From: Candidatus Effluviviaceae Genus IV sp.
GTDB lineage: Bacteria > Joyebacterota > Joyebacteria > Joyebacterales > Joyebacteraceae
Assembly: GCA_014728245.1 (NCBI GenBank)
Contig: WJLY01000009.1
Location: 1-37,152, forward strand
Length of the DNA: 37,152 nt
Direction: 5' to 3'
The position numbers and the translations under genes are program-made. The notes under the pieces were generated by a model that was not told the origin of the DNA, did not search any database, and saw nothing but the letters and a program-made list of their open reading frames with translations. Shown here in pieces: positions 22,547 through 33,093 of the stretch (position 1 is its first letter; each line of letters opens with the position of its first letter).

Positions 22547-24253
22547 TCAGGGCGTCTCGTCGTCCACGGGGGGCGCCTCGTAGGCGCCCGGCGCCCTTCT
22601 ACCGGCCTTCCTGAGAAGCGTCCTCAGGCCGTCCCGGAAGACCGCGGCCGCCTCTCGCAGATCCTCTCTTGCGAGCAGATAGGCCGCCCCCAGATAGACC
22701 GCGATCCCGAGGACCGCCGGCGCCGCGAGCGCGAGCACTCGCACGGTGAGCGACGCACCCTCTCCCATCTTCACGAAGAAGGGGCCAGTGAAGTAGAGCA
22801 CCGCGCCCATGATCGCCGTGGCGACGGCCACTCCCGCGAACCCCCTGAAGAGCTTCCCATACCGCCCTCTCCGGATCTCCCGCGGCACCATGAGAAGGAA
22901 GAGACCCAGCTTGAACACGTGCGACACGGAGGTGGCGAGCGCGATGCCCGCGTGCTGGAAGGCCCCGATGAAGGCGAAGATCAGGCCGACCTTGAGAGCG
23001 AGCCGCACGAGCCCGACCACGACCGGCGTCTTCGTGTCCTTCATGGCGACGAAGCCGGAGATCATGACGCTCGTGAGGCCGAGGGCCCAGAGCGTCGGCG
23101 TGTAGAGCAGAAGCGCCGACACCGTGAACGTTACCGACTGCTCGTCGAACGCGCCCCGTTGGAAGACGACCCTCACGAACGGCTCTCCCAGAATCGCGAT
23201 CATCACCGACACCGGGAAGAGAGCGAAGAACGCGATCCTGAGCGCCGATATGAACCTGTCGGCGAAGACCTCCATGCGCCCCCTGGCCACGACCCTGGCG
23301 AAGAACGGGAAGAGTACCGTGGAGAACCCCACGACGAGTATCTCGCGCGGGATGTCGATCAGGCGCATCGCGTACGAGAGTCCGGATATGCTCCCCTCCG
23401 AGAGCATCGAGGCGAAGACGCGGTCGATCACGTCGTCCAGCTTCGCTCCGGCCATCCCGATGAAGAGCGGCAGCGCCAGCCGCATCACGCCGAGGAACAT
23501 CGGGTGCCGGAAGTCGAGGCCCAGTCTGATCTTCGACCTGTGCTTCCAGTAGAAGGGCGACTGGATCAGAATCCCGGCGACGCTTCCGGCCAGAAAGCCC
23601 CACGCCAGCCCGCGTATGCCGAGCGTTCCGGTCAGGAGCACCGCGCCCCCGATCAGGAACAGGTTTCTGGCCGGGTGGCGCATCTCGGGCAGCATGAAGT
23701 TCCCGTAGCAGTGGAGGACGTCTCCCATGATCCCGGAGAACGCTCCGAGAAAGACAGTCCCGATCATGATGCGGACGAGCGACGCCGCCAGCGCGTGTTC
23801 GGGCGGGTCGAAACCGGGGGCCACCAGCGACACGATCTGCGGAGCGAACACGAACCCGGCGATCGCGACGACCGCCGAGAGGACCAGGAGGTCGCCGAGG
23901 AACGTCCCCGCCGCGCGCCACGTCTTCTTCTCGCCGTCTCTCTCCAACCCCTCGGTGAAGAGAGGCACGAACCCGGATCGCAACGGAGAGCGGAGCCAGC
24001 TCGATATCAGGATCGGCACCGTGAACGCCACGAGGAAGGCGTCCATCGAGGCGCTGGTGCCGTACTTGGCGGCGACCACGACGTCCTTGACGAGACCGAG
24101 GAGCTTGCCCAGGAGCATGAAGCCGATCACCCAGAGCGCCGACACGATCACGCGAACGCCCGGGACCTTGTGGCCCGCGTTCCCGGAAGTCTCCGCGTCG
24201 GTGTGCGCTCCGCTGTCCCGTCCCTCGACGTCTGCCCTGTCGAGCGTCGTCAC
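22547..24253 (-). CDS. murJ: MurJ/MviN-family (MOP superfamily) lipid II flippase-like protein
   Basis: VIGFMLLGKLLGLVKDVVVAAKYGTSASMDAFLVAFTVP matches the MurJ N-terminal consensus. The protein has about 14 TM segments. The GTG start overlaps the upstream permease stop (GTGA at 24250-24253) and gives a non-conserved extension of about 30 aa, so the true start may be downstream. Confidence 0.8.
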   Translation of the reverse strand: MTTLDRADVEGRDSGAHTDAETSGNAGHKVPGVRVIVSALWVIGFMLLGKLLGLVKDVVVAAKYGTSASMDAFLVAFTVPILISSWLRSPLRSGFVPLFTEGLERDGEKKTWRAAGTFLGDLLVLSAVVAIAGFVFAPQIVSLVAPGFDPPEHALAASLVRIMIGTVFLGAFSGIMGDVLHCYGNFMLPEMRHPARNLFLIGGAVLLTGTLGIRGLAWGFLAGSVAGILIQSPFYWKHRSKIRLGLDFRHPMFLGVMRLALPLFIGMAGAKLDDVIDRVFASMLSEGSISGLSYAMRLIDIPREILVVGFSTVLFPFFARVVARGRMEVFADRFISALRIAFFALFPVSVMIAILGEPFVRVVFQRGAFDEQSVTFTVSALLLYTPTLWALGLTSVMISGFVAMKDTKTPVVVGLVRLALKVGLIFAFIGAFQHAGIALATSVSHVFKLGLFLLMVPREIRRGRYGKLFRGFAGVAVATAIMGAVLYFTGPFFVKMGEGASLTVRVLALAAPAVLGIAVYLGAAYLLAREDLREAAAVFRDGLRTLLRKAGRRAPGAYEAPPVDDETP

Positions 24254-25353
24254 GCGCTCTCCTCGGTGGCTTGGGAGGCGGCTCCCGCCTCGCGTTCCCG
24301 CAGCTTCTTCGTCAGAACCTCGTTCGCCACAACGACGAGTATGATCGTCACCGCCTGCAGAACCAGTATCAACTCCCGGGGGACGTCGGTGAAGACGTCC
24401 ACCTCGAGCGCCCCGGTGTTCAGCACCCCGAAGAGGAGCGCGGCGAAGAGAACGCCGAGGGGTGTGTTCTTGCCGAGAAGCGCGACGGCTATTCCCATGA
24501 AACCGATCTGCGCCGAGAAGTTATCCAGGTATCTGTAGCGAAATCCCATGATCTCGTTAGTGGCGACGAGCCCCGCGAACGCCCCGGAGATCATCATCGC
24601 CACCACCAGCATCCGGCGCACGTTGATCCCGGCGTACTCCGCAGCCGACGGGTTCAGGCCGACCGCGCGTATCTCGTAGCCGAGCGTCGTCCTGTTGAGG
24701 ATGAACCAGGCGGCCCAGACGGCTCCGAGCGCGATGAGGATCGAGGCGTTCAGGGGATTCGCGGCGGGGAGCGGAATCCCGACGCTCTGAAGCGCGCCGG
24801 CGAGCCGGGGAAGCTGGCCGGACGCGGCGATCTCAGCGGTCTGGGGCGTCATCTGGCCGGGCTCCTTGAAGACATTGATGACGAAGTAGCTCGTGAGCCC
24901 GATGGCGATGAAATTCAGCATGATCGTATTGATCACCTCGTGCACGCCGAACCTCGCCTTGAGGAACCCGGGGATCGCCGCCCACGCCGCGCCCCCGGCT
25001 GCGGAGGCCAGGACCAGCAGGGGCACCGCGAGCGCCGCTGGAACGCCCCCGAGCTTGAGGCCGACCCACGCGCACACGAACGACCCGACGTACAGCTGTC
25101 CCTCGCCGCCTATGTTGAAAAGCCCGGCCCGAAACGCGAACGCTACGGCGAGGCCGGTGAAGATGAGGGGGCACGCGTTGAACACGACGTAGCCCAGCGA
25201 GTCGACGCTCCCGAACGCCCCCCGGAAGAGAATCGAGTAGACGCGAAGCGGGCTCTCGCCGATCGCCATCACGACGAGGCCCCCGACGAGAAGCGCGGCC
25301 GCCACCGCTATGACGGGCGAGAGGACGCTGACTGCCTTCGCAAAACGGCTCAC
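24250..25353 (-). CDS. ABC transporter permease (BPD_transp_2 type; first permease of the BMP/nucleoside system)
   Basis: The protein is hydrophobic (MSRFAKAVSVLSPVIAVAAALLVGGLVVMAIGESPLRVYSILFRGAFGS...), typical of YufP/NupP-like permeases. The GTG start overlaps the ATPase stop (GTGA at 25350-25353). Confidence 0.9.
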   Translation of the reverse strand: MSRFAKAVSVLSPVIAVAAALLVGGLVVMAIGESPLRVYSILFRGAFGSVDSLGYVVFNACPLIFTGLAVAFAFRAGLFNIGGEGQLYVGSFVCAWVGLKLGGVPAALAVPLLVLASAAGGAAWAAIPGFLKARFGVHEVINTIMLNFIAIGLTSYFVINVFKEPGQMTPQTAEIAASGQLPRLAGALQSVGIPLPAANPLNASILIALGAVWAAWFILNRTTLGYEIRAVGLNPSAAEYAGINVRRMLVVAMMISGAFAGLVATNEIMGFRYRYLDNFSAQIGFMGIAVALLGKNTPLGVLFAALLFGVLNTGALEVDVFTDVPRELILVLQAVTIILVVVANEVLTKKLREREAGAASQATEESA

Positions 25354-26948
25354 GCTGCTCCGCCCCTCCGGTCAGCCCCCGGCTCTTTCGTTCCCGCGCC
25401 GCCCGCATGATCCCGCGCGCGTCCCTCGCGCGCGTCTCCGCCCCCGGTCATGAGGAGCCCCAGCTCGTCCTCGGTGACCTCGCCCGCGCCGAAGCTCGCG
25501 ACCATCTCGCCCCGATACATGACGGCGATCGTGTCGGAGAGCGCCATTATCTCCGAGAGCTCAGCGGACACCAGCAGCACGGCCGCCCCCTCGTCGCGCA
25601 GATCGAGGAGGCTACGGTGGACGAACTCTATCGCGCCAACGTCGACGCCGCGCGTCGGCTGACAGGCCACGACGAGCACGGGCCGTCCGTCCAGCTCGCG
25701 GGCTACGATGAGCTTCTGCTGGTTCCCCCCCGACAGGCTACCCGCGAGCGATCCCGGGTCGCGCGGCCTGAGATCGTTCTCGTCGATGAGCCTCTCCGCC
25801 CTCTCTCCTATGGCGCCGAGATCGAGAAGCCCTCTTCCTGAGTAGGGCGCCCGGTGATGCCGGCCGAACACCAGGTTCTCGGCGACCGTGAAGGAGAGCA
25901 CAAGGCCCCGCTCCTGTCTGTCCTCGGGTATGTGGGCCACGCCCGAGTCCCTGACGTTCCGTGGGCTCCGGCCGGTGAGGTCTACGCCGCGCAGCGCAAC
26001 GCTGCCGGCCCCCGCGGTGCGCAGGCCAGTTATGGCCTCGATGAGCTCGGTCTGGCCGTTGCCCTGCACGCCGGCGATCCCCAGGATCTCTCCCGACCGC
26101 ACATCCAGGTCCACGTTGCGCACCGCCTCGGTTCCCTTCCGGCCCTCCACGGCGAGGCCCCGCACCGAGAGGATCGTCTCGCCCGGCGCTCCGGGGGACT
26201 TGGAGACGCGGAGGAGCACCTCTCTTCCTACCATCATATGGGCCAGCTCCTCCCTGGTGGTCAACCCGGCTTCGACCACGCCGGTGACCCTGCCGTCACG
26301 CATGACGGTGATGCGGTCGGCAAGCTCCAGCACTTCGTCGAGCTTGTGCGTAATGAAGACGATGGTCCGGCCGCTCTCTCTGAGCGACCGCAGGATGGAG
26401 AAGAGTTCGCGCACCTCGTTCGGCGTGAGGACGCCCGTCGGCTCGTCGAGGATCAGGATGGAAGCGCCCCGGTACAGCACCTTCACGATCTCCACGCGCT
26501 GCTCGAGCCCGACGGAAAGCCCCTCGACCTTCTCGCGCGGGTCCAGCTCGAAACCGTATTCGCGCGAGAGCCTCTCGACGCGCTCGGAGGCCGCCCGGGA
26601 GTCGACGAACACGCCGCGGGCGCGCGGCTCGTCCCCCAGGACGACGTTTTCCGCGATGGAGAGAGTATCGACCAGCATGAAGTGCTGGTGGACCATTCCG
26701 ATGCCCGCGCGAATGGCGTCCCGCGGGCCGGCGGGAGAGAAGGGCTCGCCGCCCACCAGCATGCTCCCCGAGTCGGGGGAGACAAGTCCGTAGAGCACCT
26801 TCATGAGCGTCGACTTGCCCGCGCCGTTCTCGCCCACGATGGCGTGGATCTCGCCCTCGCGAACGGACAGGTCGACGCGGTCGTTGGCAAGCACGCGCGG
26901 GTAACGCTTGGTGACCTCGCGCATCTCGATGGCGACGCGCTCGCTCAT
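25350..26948 (-). CDS. ABC transporter ATP-binding protein, duplicated-ATPase (RbsA/NupO-like) type
   Basis: First half: GENGAGKST, LSVGLEQR, ILILDEPT. Second half: GVQGNGQTEL, LSGGNQQK, ACQPTRGVDVGA. Preferred ATG is 26946-26948 (MSERVAIEMREVTKRY); the track start at 26981 is the alternative. Confidence 0.9.
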   Translation of the reverse strand: MSERVAIEMREVTKRYPRVLANDRVDLSVREGEIHAIVGENGAGKSTLMKVLYGLVSPDSGSMLVGGEPFSPAGPRDAIRAGIGMVHQHFMLVDTLSIAENVVLGDEPRARGVFVDSRAASERVERLSREYGFELDPREKVEGLSVGLEQRVEIVKVLYRGASILILDEPTGVLTPNEVRELFSILRSLRESGRTIVFITHKLDEVLELADRITVMRDGRVTGVVEAGLTTREELAHMMVGREVLLRVSKSPGAPGETILSVRGLAVEGRKGTEAVRNVDLDVRSGEILGIAGVQGNGQTELIEAITGLRTAGAGSVALRGVDLTGRSPRNVRDSGVAHIPEDRQERGLVLSFTVAENLVFGRHHRAPYSGRGLLDLGAIGERAERLIDENDLRPRDPGSLAGSLSGGNQQKLIVARELDGRPVLVVACQPTRGVDVGAIEFVHRSLLDLRDEGAAVLLVSAELSEIMALSDTIAVMYRGEMVASFGAGEVTEDELGLLMTGGGDAREGRARDHAGGAGTKEPGADRRGGAA

Positions 26949-27028
26949 GAGGCAGGCGCCCCTTCCGTCCTTGCTCTTCATGCGCCGTTGTGCCCCGGCC
27001 GGGGCGACGGACGTGTGGCGGGACGTGG

Positions 27029-28039
<1,011 letters not shown>

Positions 28040-28077
28040 GACACAAGCTCCATTCGATACTGGGAACATCCCGCGGC

Positions 28078-29280
28078 TCACGCCCCGTCCTTCTCCGGGG
28101 ACGCCTCGAAACAGGACTCCAGAAGCCCGTCGCTGTGCGCCTTCCTGATCAGAAGAACGAAAGCTATGAAGCCGAGAACCACCACAAGAGAACCACCCTT
28201 GAAGACGAAGTCAAGTCCGAAGATGCGCTCCGCGACGCCCCCCGACAGCGGGCCGAGGATCAGTCCGATGCTCATCCCGCTGCTGAAGAGCGCCATTACC
28301 GTTCCCATTCCGTTCAGTTTCCGACCGCACATTGACGCGACCGCGATGGCCGCGGGGAAGCCCAGCGCGGACACGATGCCGGTGGCCACTTGGAGCAGGA
28401 AGAGGTGCATGACCGTCTCGCAAAACGGTATCGCGAAGATCACCGCCGCGCTGCCGACCATGCTCATCCCCATGAGCAGCGTCCTCGGCACTCTGTCGGC
28501 GAGCTTGCCGAAAGGGATCTGCATCGCGCCGGCGAGCAGGATGTTGGTCGCCAGAAGCACGCCGATGACCGACAGCGACGCTCCGCGGGACTCCGCCACA
28601 AACGGAAGGAAGGGGATCACAAGCCCCCGGCCGAACGCCACCGACGACCTGAACACCATCAGGGCGACCACGAGCGTGTGCGCCAGCACGCTCCTGATGG
28701 GGACCCTCTGTTCCCACCTCTCTCTGTGCAGACCCAGCTCGGGAAGGAAGAGGAGAACCAGCACCAGCGCCAGCGCCGAAAGCCCCCCCATCGCGTAGAA
28801 CGGCGTCTCCATCCCGAAGCGGTCGGCCAGCGGGCCGCCCAGAAGGGGGCCGATGCCGAACGCCGTGAAGAGGGACACCATGAACGCGCCCATGAACGTG
28901 CCCTCGCGGCCCTCGGGCGCGATCTCGGCCACGTAGGCCTGAGCGACCGGGATCACCATGCCGGACGACGCTCCGTGTAGCACGCGCACCAGCACGAGAT
29001 GCGAAGCGGTCTCCGCCATCATGTAGGCGAACGAGAAGCAGGAGTAGACGGCGAGGCCGATGGCCAGGAAGATCTTGCGGCCGTGCTTGTCCGAGAGCCT
29101 GCCGATGAACGGGCTGAGCCCGAACCGCGCCACCGAGAACCCGGCGAAGATCATGCCCAGGGACAGGCCAGCCGCTCCGAGGTCCCGCGCGTACAGCGGA
29201 AGGAGGGGACCGATGAAACCGACCCCCATCGTCGATGCGAAGACCGCTATGAAAAGGACGACGTAGGTCCTGCGATGCAT
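28078..29280 (-). CDS. MFS transporter
   Basis: 12-TM profile with MFS motif A (GRLSDKHGRK). ATG 29278-29280 follows GGGAG. Confidence 0.85.
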   Translation of the reverse strand: MHRRTYVVLFIAVFASTMGVGFIGPLLPLYARDLGAAGLSLGMIFAGFSVARFGLSPFIGRLSDKHGRKIFLAIGLAVYSCFSFAYMMAETASHLVLVRVLHGASSGMVIPVAQAYVAEIAPEGREGTFMGAFMVSLFTAFGIGPLLGGPLADRFGMETPFYAMGGLSALALVLVLLFLPELGLHRERWEQRVPIRSVLAHTLVVALMVFRSSVAFGRGLVIPFLPFVAESRGASLSVIGVLLATNILLAGAMQIPFGKLADRVPRTLLMGMSMVGSAAVIFAIPFCETVMHLFLLQVATGIVSALGFPAAIAVASMCGRKLNGMGTVMALFSSGMSIGLILGPLSGGVAERIFGLDFVFKGGSLVVVLGFIAFVLLIRKAHSDGLLESCFEASPEKDGA

Positions 29281-29311
29281 GCTGCTCCCGGTTCGTGGGT
29301 CCTTGAGCCGG

Positions 29312-31021
29312 TCAGACGAACAGGTCGGTCAGTTCGAAAGCCTCGACGTCCACGAGCCCCAGGTCTGTCACCTTGAGCTTGGGGATCACCGGAAGCGCCA
29401 TGAACGACATGGCCATGAACGGATCGTCGAGCTTCGATCCGAGGCGTCTGGCCGCCTTCCTGACGTCGTCCAGCCCCTTGACGACGTCCTTGAGCGATCC
29501 TTTGGACATGAGGCCGGCGATCGGCAACGACAGCCCCGCCACCAGCTTACCGTCACGGACGACCGAGAGGCCGCCCTTCATCTTCGATATTTCCACGACC
29601 GCCGCCATCATGTCCTCGCTGCTGGTCCCGACGACGACGATGTTGTGAGAGTCGTGAGCGACCGAGCTTGCGATCGCGCCCTTCTTGAGGCCGAACCCGC
29701 GCACGATGCCGCGGCCTATGCGGTCGCTCGCCTGATGGCGCTCCACGACCGCTATCTTCAGAAGGTCGCGCTCGGTATCGGCCACGACCTTTCCGTCCTC
29801 GATCTTGACGTTCTCAACCGACGACCCGGTGATGATCTGGTCGGGCACGAGGTCGATGACCTTCGCCTTCTTCCCGCGCGCCTCTATGTCGAAGTCCTCC
29901 GGAGTCAGCCACTTGATGTTGATCGAGCTCCTGAGCGTGACCTCCGGCGTCCGAGGCCGGGACGAGACCATCACGCCGTCCTGGGCGACGACCTTCCCGC
30001 TCTTGAAAACCGTCCGCACCTTGAAGCGCTTGAGACTGTCGACCACGACCATGTCGGCGCGGTACCCGGGGGCTATGGCCCCGAGGTCGGTCAGCCCGAA
30101 GTACTGGGCGGTGTTGATCGTCGCGAGCCTGATAGCCGCCACGGGGTCGAGCCCCTCCTTTATCGCGATCTTGATCATGTGGTCTATGTGGCCCTTGTCC
30201 AGAAGATCTTTCGGGTGCCGGTCGTCCGTGACGAAGAAGCAGCGCGGGAGGTTGTCCCGCGTGATCGCCGGCAGGAGGTCCCGGAGGTTCTTCGTGACCG
30301 AGCCCTCACGGATCATGATGTACATTCCGAGCCTGAGTTTCTCGAGGACCTCTTCCACGGACGTGCTCTCGTGGTCGGACGTGACGCCGGCGGCTATGTA
30401 GGCGTTCAGGTCCTTCCCCGAGAGACCCGGAGCGTGCCCGTCTATGCGCTTGTTCGACGTCATCGAGATCTTGTCCAGGAGCCCCTCGTCCTCCTGCAGT
30501 ATGCCCGGGTAGTTCATCATCTCGCCCAACCCGAGCACCCACTTCTCCCTCAGGAGAGGATAGAGATCGAAGCCCCTCAGCCTCGCGCCGCTCGTCTCGA
30601 ACTCGGTTGCCGGGACGCAGGAGGAGAGCATGACGAAGATGTTGACGGGGCTGTACTTCGCCGTGTTCAGGATGTAGTGGATTCCCTCCAGTCCGTGCAC
30701 GTTGGCTATCTCGTGCGGATCGCAGATGACGGATGTCGTGCCCCTCGGCACGACCGACCGCGCGAACTCCTGCACCGTGACCATCGTGCTCTCAACGTGC
30801 ATGTGTCCGTCGATGAGTCCCGGCAGCACGTATCCGCCCTCGAGATCGATCTCCTTTCTTCCCTCGTAATCGCCGATCCCGATGATCCGACCGCCCCATA
30901 TGGCGATATTGCTCCTGTAGACCTCCGCCGAGAACACGTTCACGATCCTCGCGTTTCTGAGCACAAGATCGCACGGAACGAGTCCACGCGCTACTCGGAT
31001 GATCTTCGCGAGTTCCTTCAT
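29312..31021 (-). CDS. ade: adenine deaminase (amidohydrolase superfamily)
   Basis: MKELAKIIRVARG...DLVLRNARIVNVF...LPGLIDGHMHVEST...VICDPHEIANV is typical of Ade. The size (569 aa) fits. The ATG overlaps the carbamate kinase stop (ATGA at 31018-31021). Confidence 0.9.
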   Translation of the reverse strand: MKELAKIIRVARGLVPCDLVLRNARIVNVFSAEVYRSNIAIWGGRIIGIGDYEGRKEIDLEGGYVLPGLIDGHMHVESTMVTVQEFARSVVPRGTTSVICDPHEIANVHGLEGIHYILNTAKYSPVNIFVMLSSCVPATEFETSGARLRGFDLYPLLREKWVLGLGEMMNYPGILQEDEGLLDKISMTSNKRIDGHAPGLSGKDLNAYIAAGVTSDHESTSVEEVLEKLRLGMYIMIREGSVTKNLRDLLPAITRDNLPRCFFVTDDRHPKDLLDKGHIDHMIKIAIKEGLDPVAAIRLATINTAQYFGLTDLGAIAPGYRADMVVVDSLKRFKVRTVFKSGKVVAQDGVMVSSRPRTPEVTLRSSINIKWLTPEDFDIEARGKKAKVIDLVPDQIITGSSVENVKIEDGKVVADTERDLLKIAVVERHQASDRIGRGIVRGFGLKKGAIASSVAHDSHNIVVVGTSSEDMMAAVVEISKMKGGLSVVRDGKLVAGLSLPIAGLMSKGSLKDVVKGLDDVRKAARRLGSKLDDPFMAMSFMALPVIPKLKVTDLGLVDVEAFELTDLFV

Positions 31022-31965
31022 TCCCGCTCCCTGATTATTCTCGTCCCCGTCTCGCCGTCGAGCGCCCTGCCCAGCGACCCCGGGTTCGTGATTATCACCG
31101 TTCCGCCCCCGTTCCGGATGAAGTCGATGCCGGCGAGCACCTTAGGGCCCATGCTTCCGGGCGGGAAGTGACCCTCGCGATGGTAGCGCTCCGCCTCCTC
31201 GACGGTCATCTCGTCGATCGCGGTCTCCCTGTCCGTGCCGTAGTGAAGCGCCACCTGCGGCACGTCGGTGGAGATGACGAACAGCCCCGCGCCGATCTGG
31301 TTGGCCAGAAGCCTCGAGGCGTGGTCCTTGTCTATGACCGCCTCAACGCCTCTGAGTCCCCCGTCCGATTCCACGACGGGAATCCCTCCTCCGCCGACTC
31401 CGATGACAACGCAGCCGGCGGACAACAGCGCCCTGATCGCTCCGACCTCAACGATTCTCACGGGCATCGGAGAGGGAACGACCCTCCGCCATCCTCTACT
31501 CGCGTCCTCCATCACCGCCCACCCCTGCTCGTCTCGCCTGCGCTTCACGTCCTCCTCGGAGTAGAAGGGCCCGATCGGCTTCGACGGCTCGTCGAACGCG
31601 GGATCGTTCGGATCTACGACGACCTGGGTCAGGACGGTGACAACGTCTTTCTCGATCGCCCGCCGCCTGAGCTCGGTCCCCAGGACCTGCTGCAGCATGT
31701 ACCCGATGCCACCCTGCGAATCGGCGCCGCAGGTGTCGAGCGGCAGCGGCGGCAGCACCGACGACGCCATCTCGGCCCTGAGGAGTATGTTCCCCACCTG
31801 TGGCCCGTTGCCGTGCGTCAGGACGACCTCGTGACCCCTCGCGATCATGTCGGCGATTACCGCGCTCGTCGCGCGCGTGTTCTCGAACTGCTCCGGGATA
31901 GTGCCCCGCTGTCCCGGTCTGGTGAGAGAATTGCCGCCTATGGCGACAACGGCAAGCTTGTCCAT
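31018..31965 (-). CDS. arcC: carbamate kinase
   Basis: ATG 31963-31965 follows GAGGTG. Carbamate-kinase hallmarks: MDKLAVVAIGGNSL and VLTHGNGPQVGN, later GGGGIPV. The track's N-terminal extension (to 32046) is Arg/Gly-rich junk. Confidence 0.9.
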   Translation of the reverse strand: MDKLAVVAIGGNSLTRPGQRGTIPEQFENTRATSAVIADMIARGHEVVLTHGNGPQVGNILLRAEMASSVLPPLPLDTCGADSQGGIGYMLQQVLGTELRRRAIEKDVVTVLTQVVVDPNDPAFDEPSKPIGPFYSEEDVKRRRDEQGWAVMEDASRGWRRVVPSPMPVRIVEVGAIRALLSAGCVVIGVGGGGIPVVESDGGLRGVEAVIDKDHASRLLANQIGAGLFVISTDVPQVALHYGTDRETAIDEMTVEEAERYHREGHFPPGSMGPKVLAGIDFIRNGGGTVIITNPGSLGRALDGETGTRIIRERE

Positions 31966-32071
31966 CGAACACCTCTTCAAGTTGCTTTCCCTGGCGGGGC
32001 CGCCGGCGCGGCCGCCGCGCTTTGGATTTCCGCCCGGCGTCCGCATCCGACGGACGTCCCCCGGCCCGTCT

Positions 32072-33079
32072 TTACCCGGCCATCGTCAGGGCCATGATCG
32101 CCTTCTGTACGTGCAGGCGGTTCTCGGCTATGTCGTAGAGAAGCGAGCGCTCACTGTCGCACACGTCGTCATCGACCTCGTTTCCCCTGTCGACCGGCAT
32201 CGGGTGGACGAAGACGGCGTCGTTCGTACGGCTCATCCTCTCCATGGTCGTCCGCCAGTCGCGGTTCTCCGCCGCCAGCTTCTGATCGCCCTCCCTGCCG
32301 ATGCGATAGCGGTCAGGGTGCATCCAGTGACGCGAGTAGACGACGTCGACGCCGTCGTAGGCCTCTTCCTGTTCGTGGGTGATCTCGAAATCCACCCCGG
32401 CCGCGTCGCAGTTGGCCTTCGTTCGGCCGATCACGTCGGGGTCGAGGTCGTACCCCTCCGGAAAGGCCAGCCGGACGTTCATCCCCAGACGGGAGTTCAC
32501 GAGCAAACTCTCCTGCACCGAACTCCAGGACCTGACCATCGGAGAGTAGCCCCAGATCTGGAGGAGCGTCTTTCCCCGCGTATCGCCCAGCCGTTCCCTC
32601 ATGCCCAGCACGTCCGCCAGCCCCTGGCAGGGATGGAACTTGTCGTGCGCCATGCTCACGACCGGCACGTCAGCCAGCTCCGCGAACTCCCTGAGAAACG
32701 CGTCGCCGTCGCCGTACGCTTCCACGGAATCCTCCAGTATCCGGATACCTATCCCGCAGGCGTACCTGCTCATCACCTTCGCGGTGTCCCGAAGGACCTC
32801 CCCGGAGCTGGTCTTCGTCTTGATCCGGAGCTTCGAGGGCTCGAGGAACTGAGCGTGGCCGCCCAGCTCGCTCGCCGCCGCCTCGAACGACTGGCGCGTG
32901 CGAAGCGAGGAGTTGTAGAACATCATCATGAAGGTCCTGTGCCGCAGGATCTCTGCGTCCTCGTCCGAGTATCTCCGGGCCTTCATCCGGGCGGCGAGAT
33001 CCAGGACCGCCTCCAGCTCGTCCACGGCCCAGTCCTGCGTGCAGACGAGGTCGCGGCCTCTGAGTTCAGTAACGTCCAT
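32072..33079 (-). CDS. carbamoyltransferase, divergent member of the knotted AOTCase/SOTCase/YgeW-like group (substrate unknown)
   Basis: ATG 33077-33079 follows GGAGAAG, 14 nt after the upstream stop. Motifs: FYNSSLRTR (carbamoyl-phosphate site), FHPCQ, and an unusual FVHPMPVDRGNEV (32195-32206 encodes HPMP) where ornithine-type enzymes have HCLP. The track extension to 33364 overlaps the upstream gene and is rejected. Confidence 0.85.
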   Translation of the reverse strand: MDVTELRGRDLVCTQDWAVDELEAVLDLAARMKARRYSDEDAEILRHRTFMMMFYNSSLRTRQSFEAAASELGGHAQFLEPSKLRIKTKTSSGEVLRDTAKVMSRYACGIGIRILEDSVEAYGDGDAFLREFAELADVPVVSMAHDKFHPCQGLADVLGMRERLGDTRGKTLLQIWGYSPMVRSWSSVQESLLVNSRLGMNVRLAFPEGYDLDPDVIGRTKANCDAAGVDFEITHEQEEAYDGVDVVYSRHWMHPDRYRIGREGDQKLAAENRDWRTTMERMSRTNDAVFVHPMPVDRGNEVDDDVCDSERSLLYDIAENRLHVQKAIMALTMAG

Positions 33080-33093
33080 GGTCTTCTCCGTTG

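Noticed and set aside
22298-24538. 746-aa plus-strand ORF; also similar ORFs at 5789..7375, 8996..9907, 10115..11188, 12113..13447, 16299..17837, 24271..25410, 25854..27032, 29279..31171, 31847..33202, 33091..34359, 34778..35854 and 35533..36522
   Set aside because: All are antisense to minus-strand genes with clear family motifs. All have extreme Arg/Glu/His/Pro/Asp composition. None has a convincing SD or motif.
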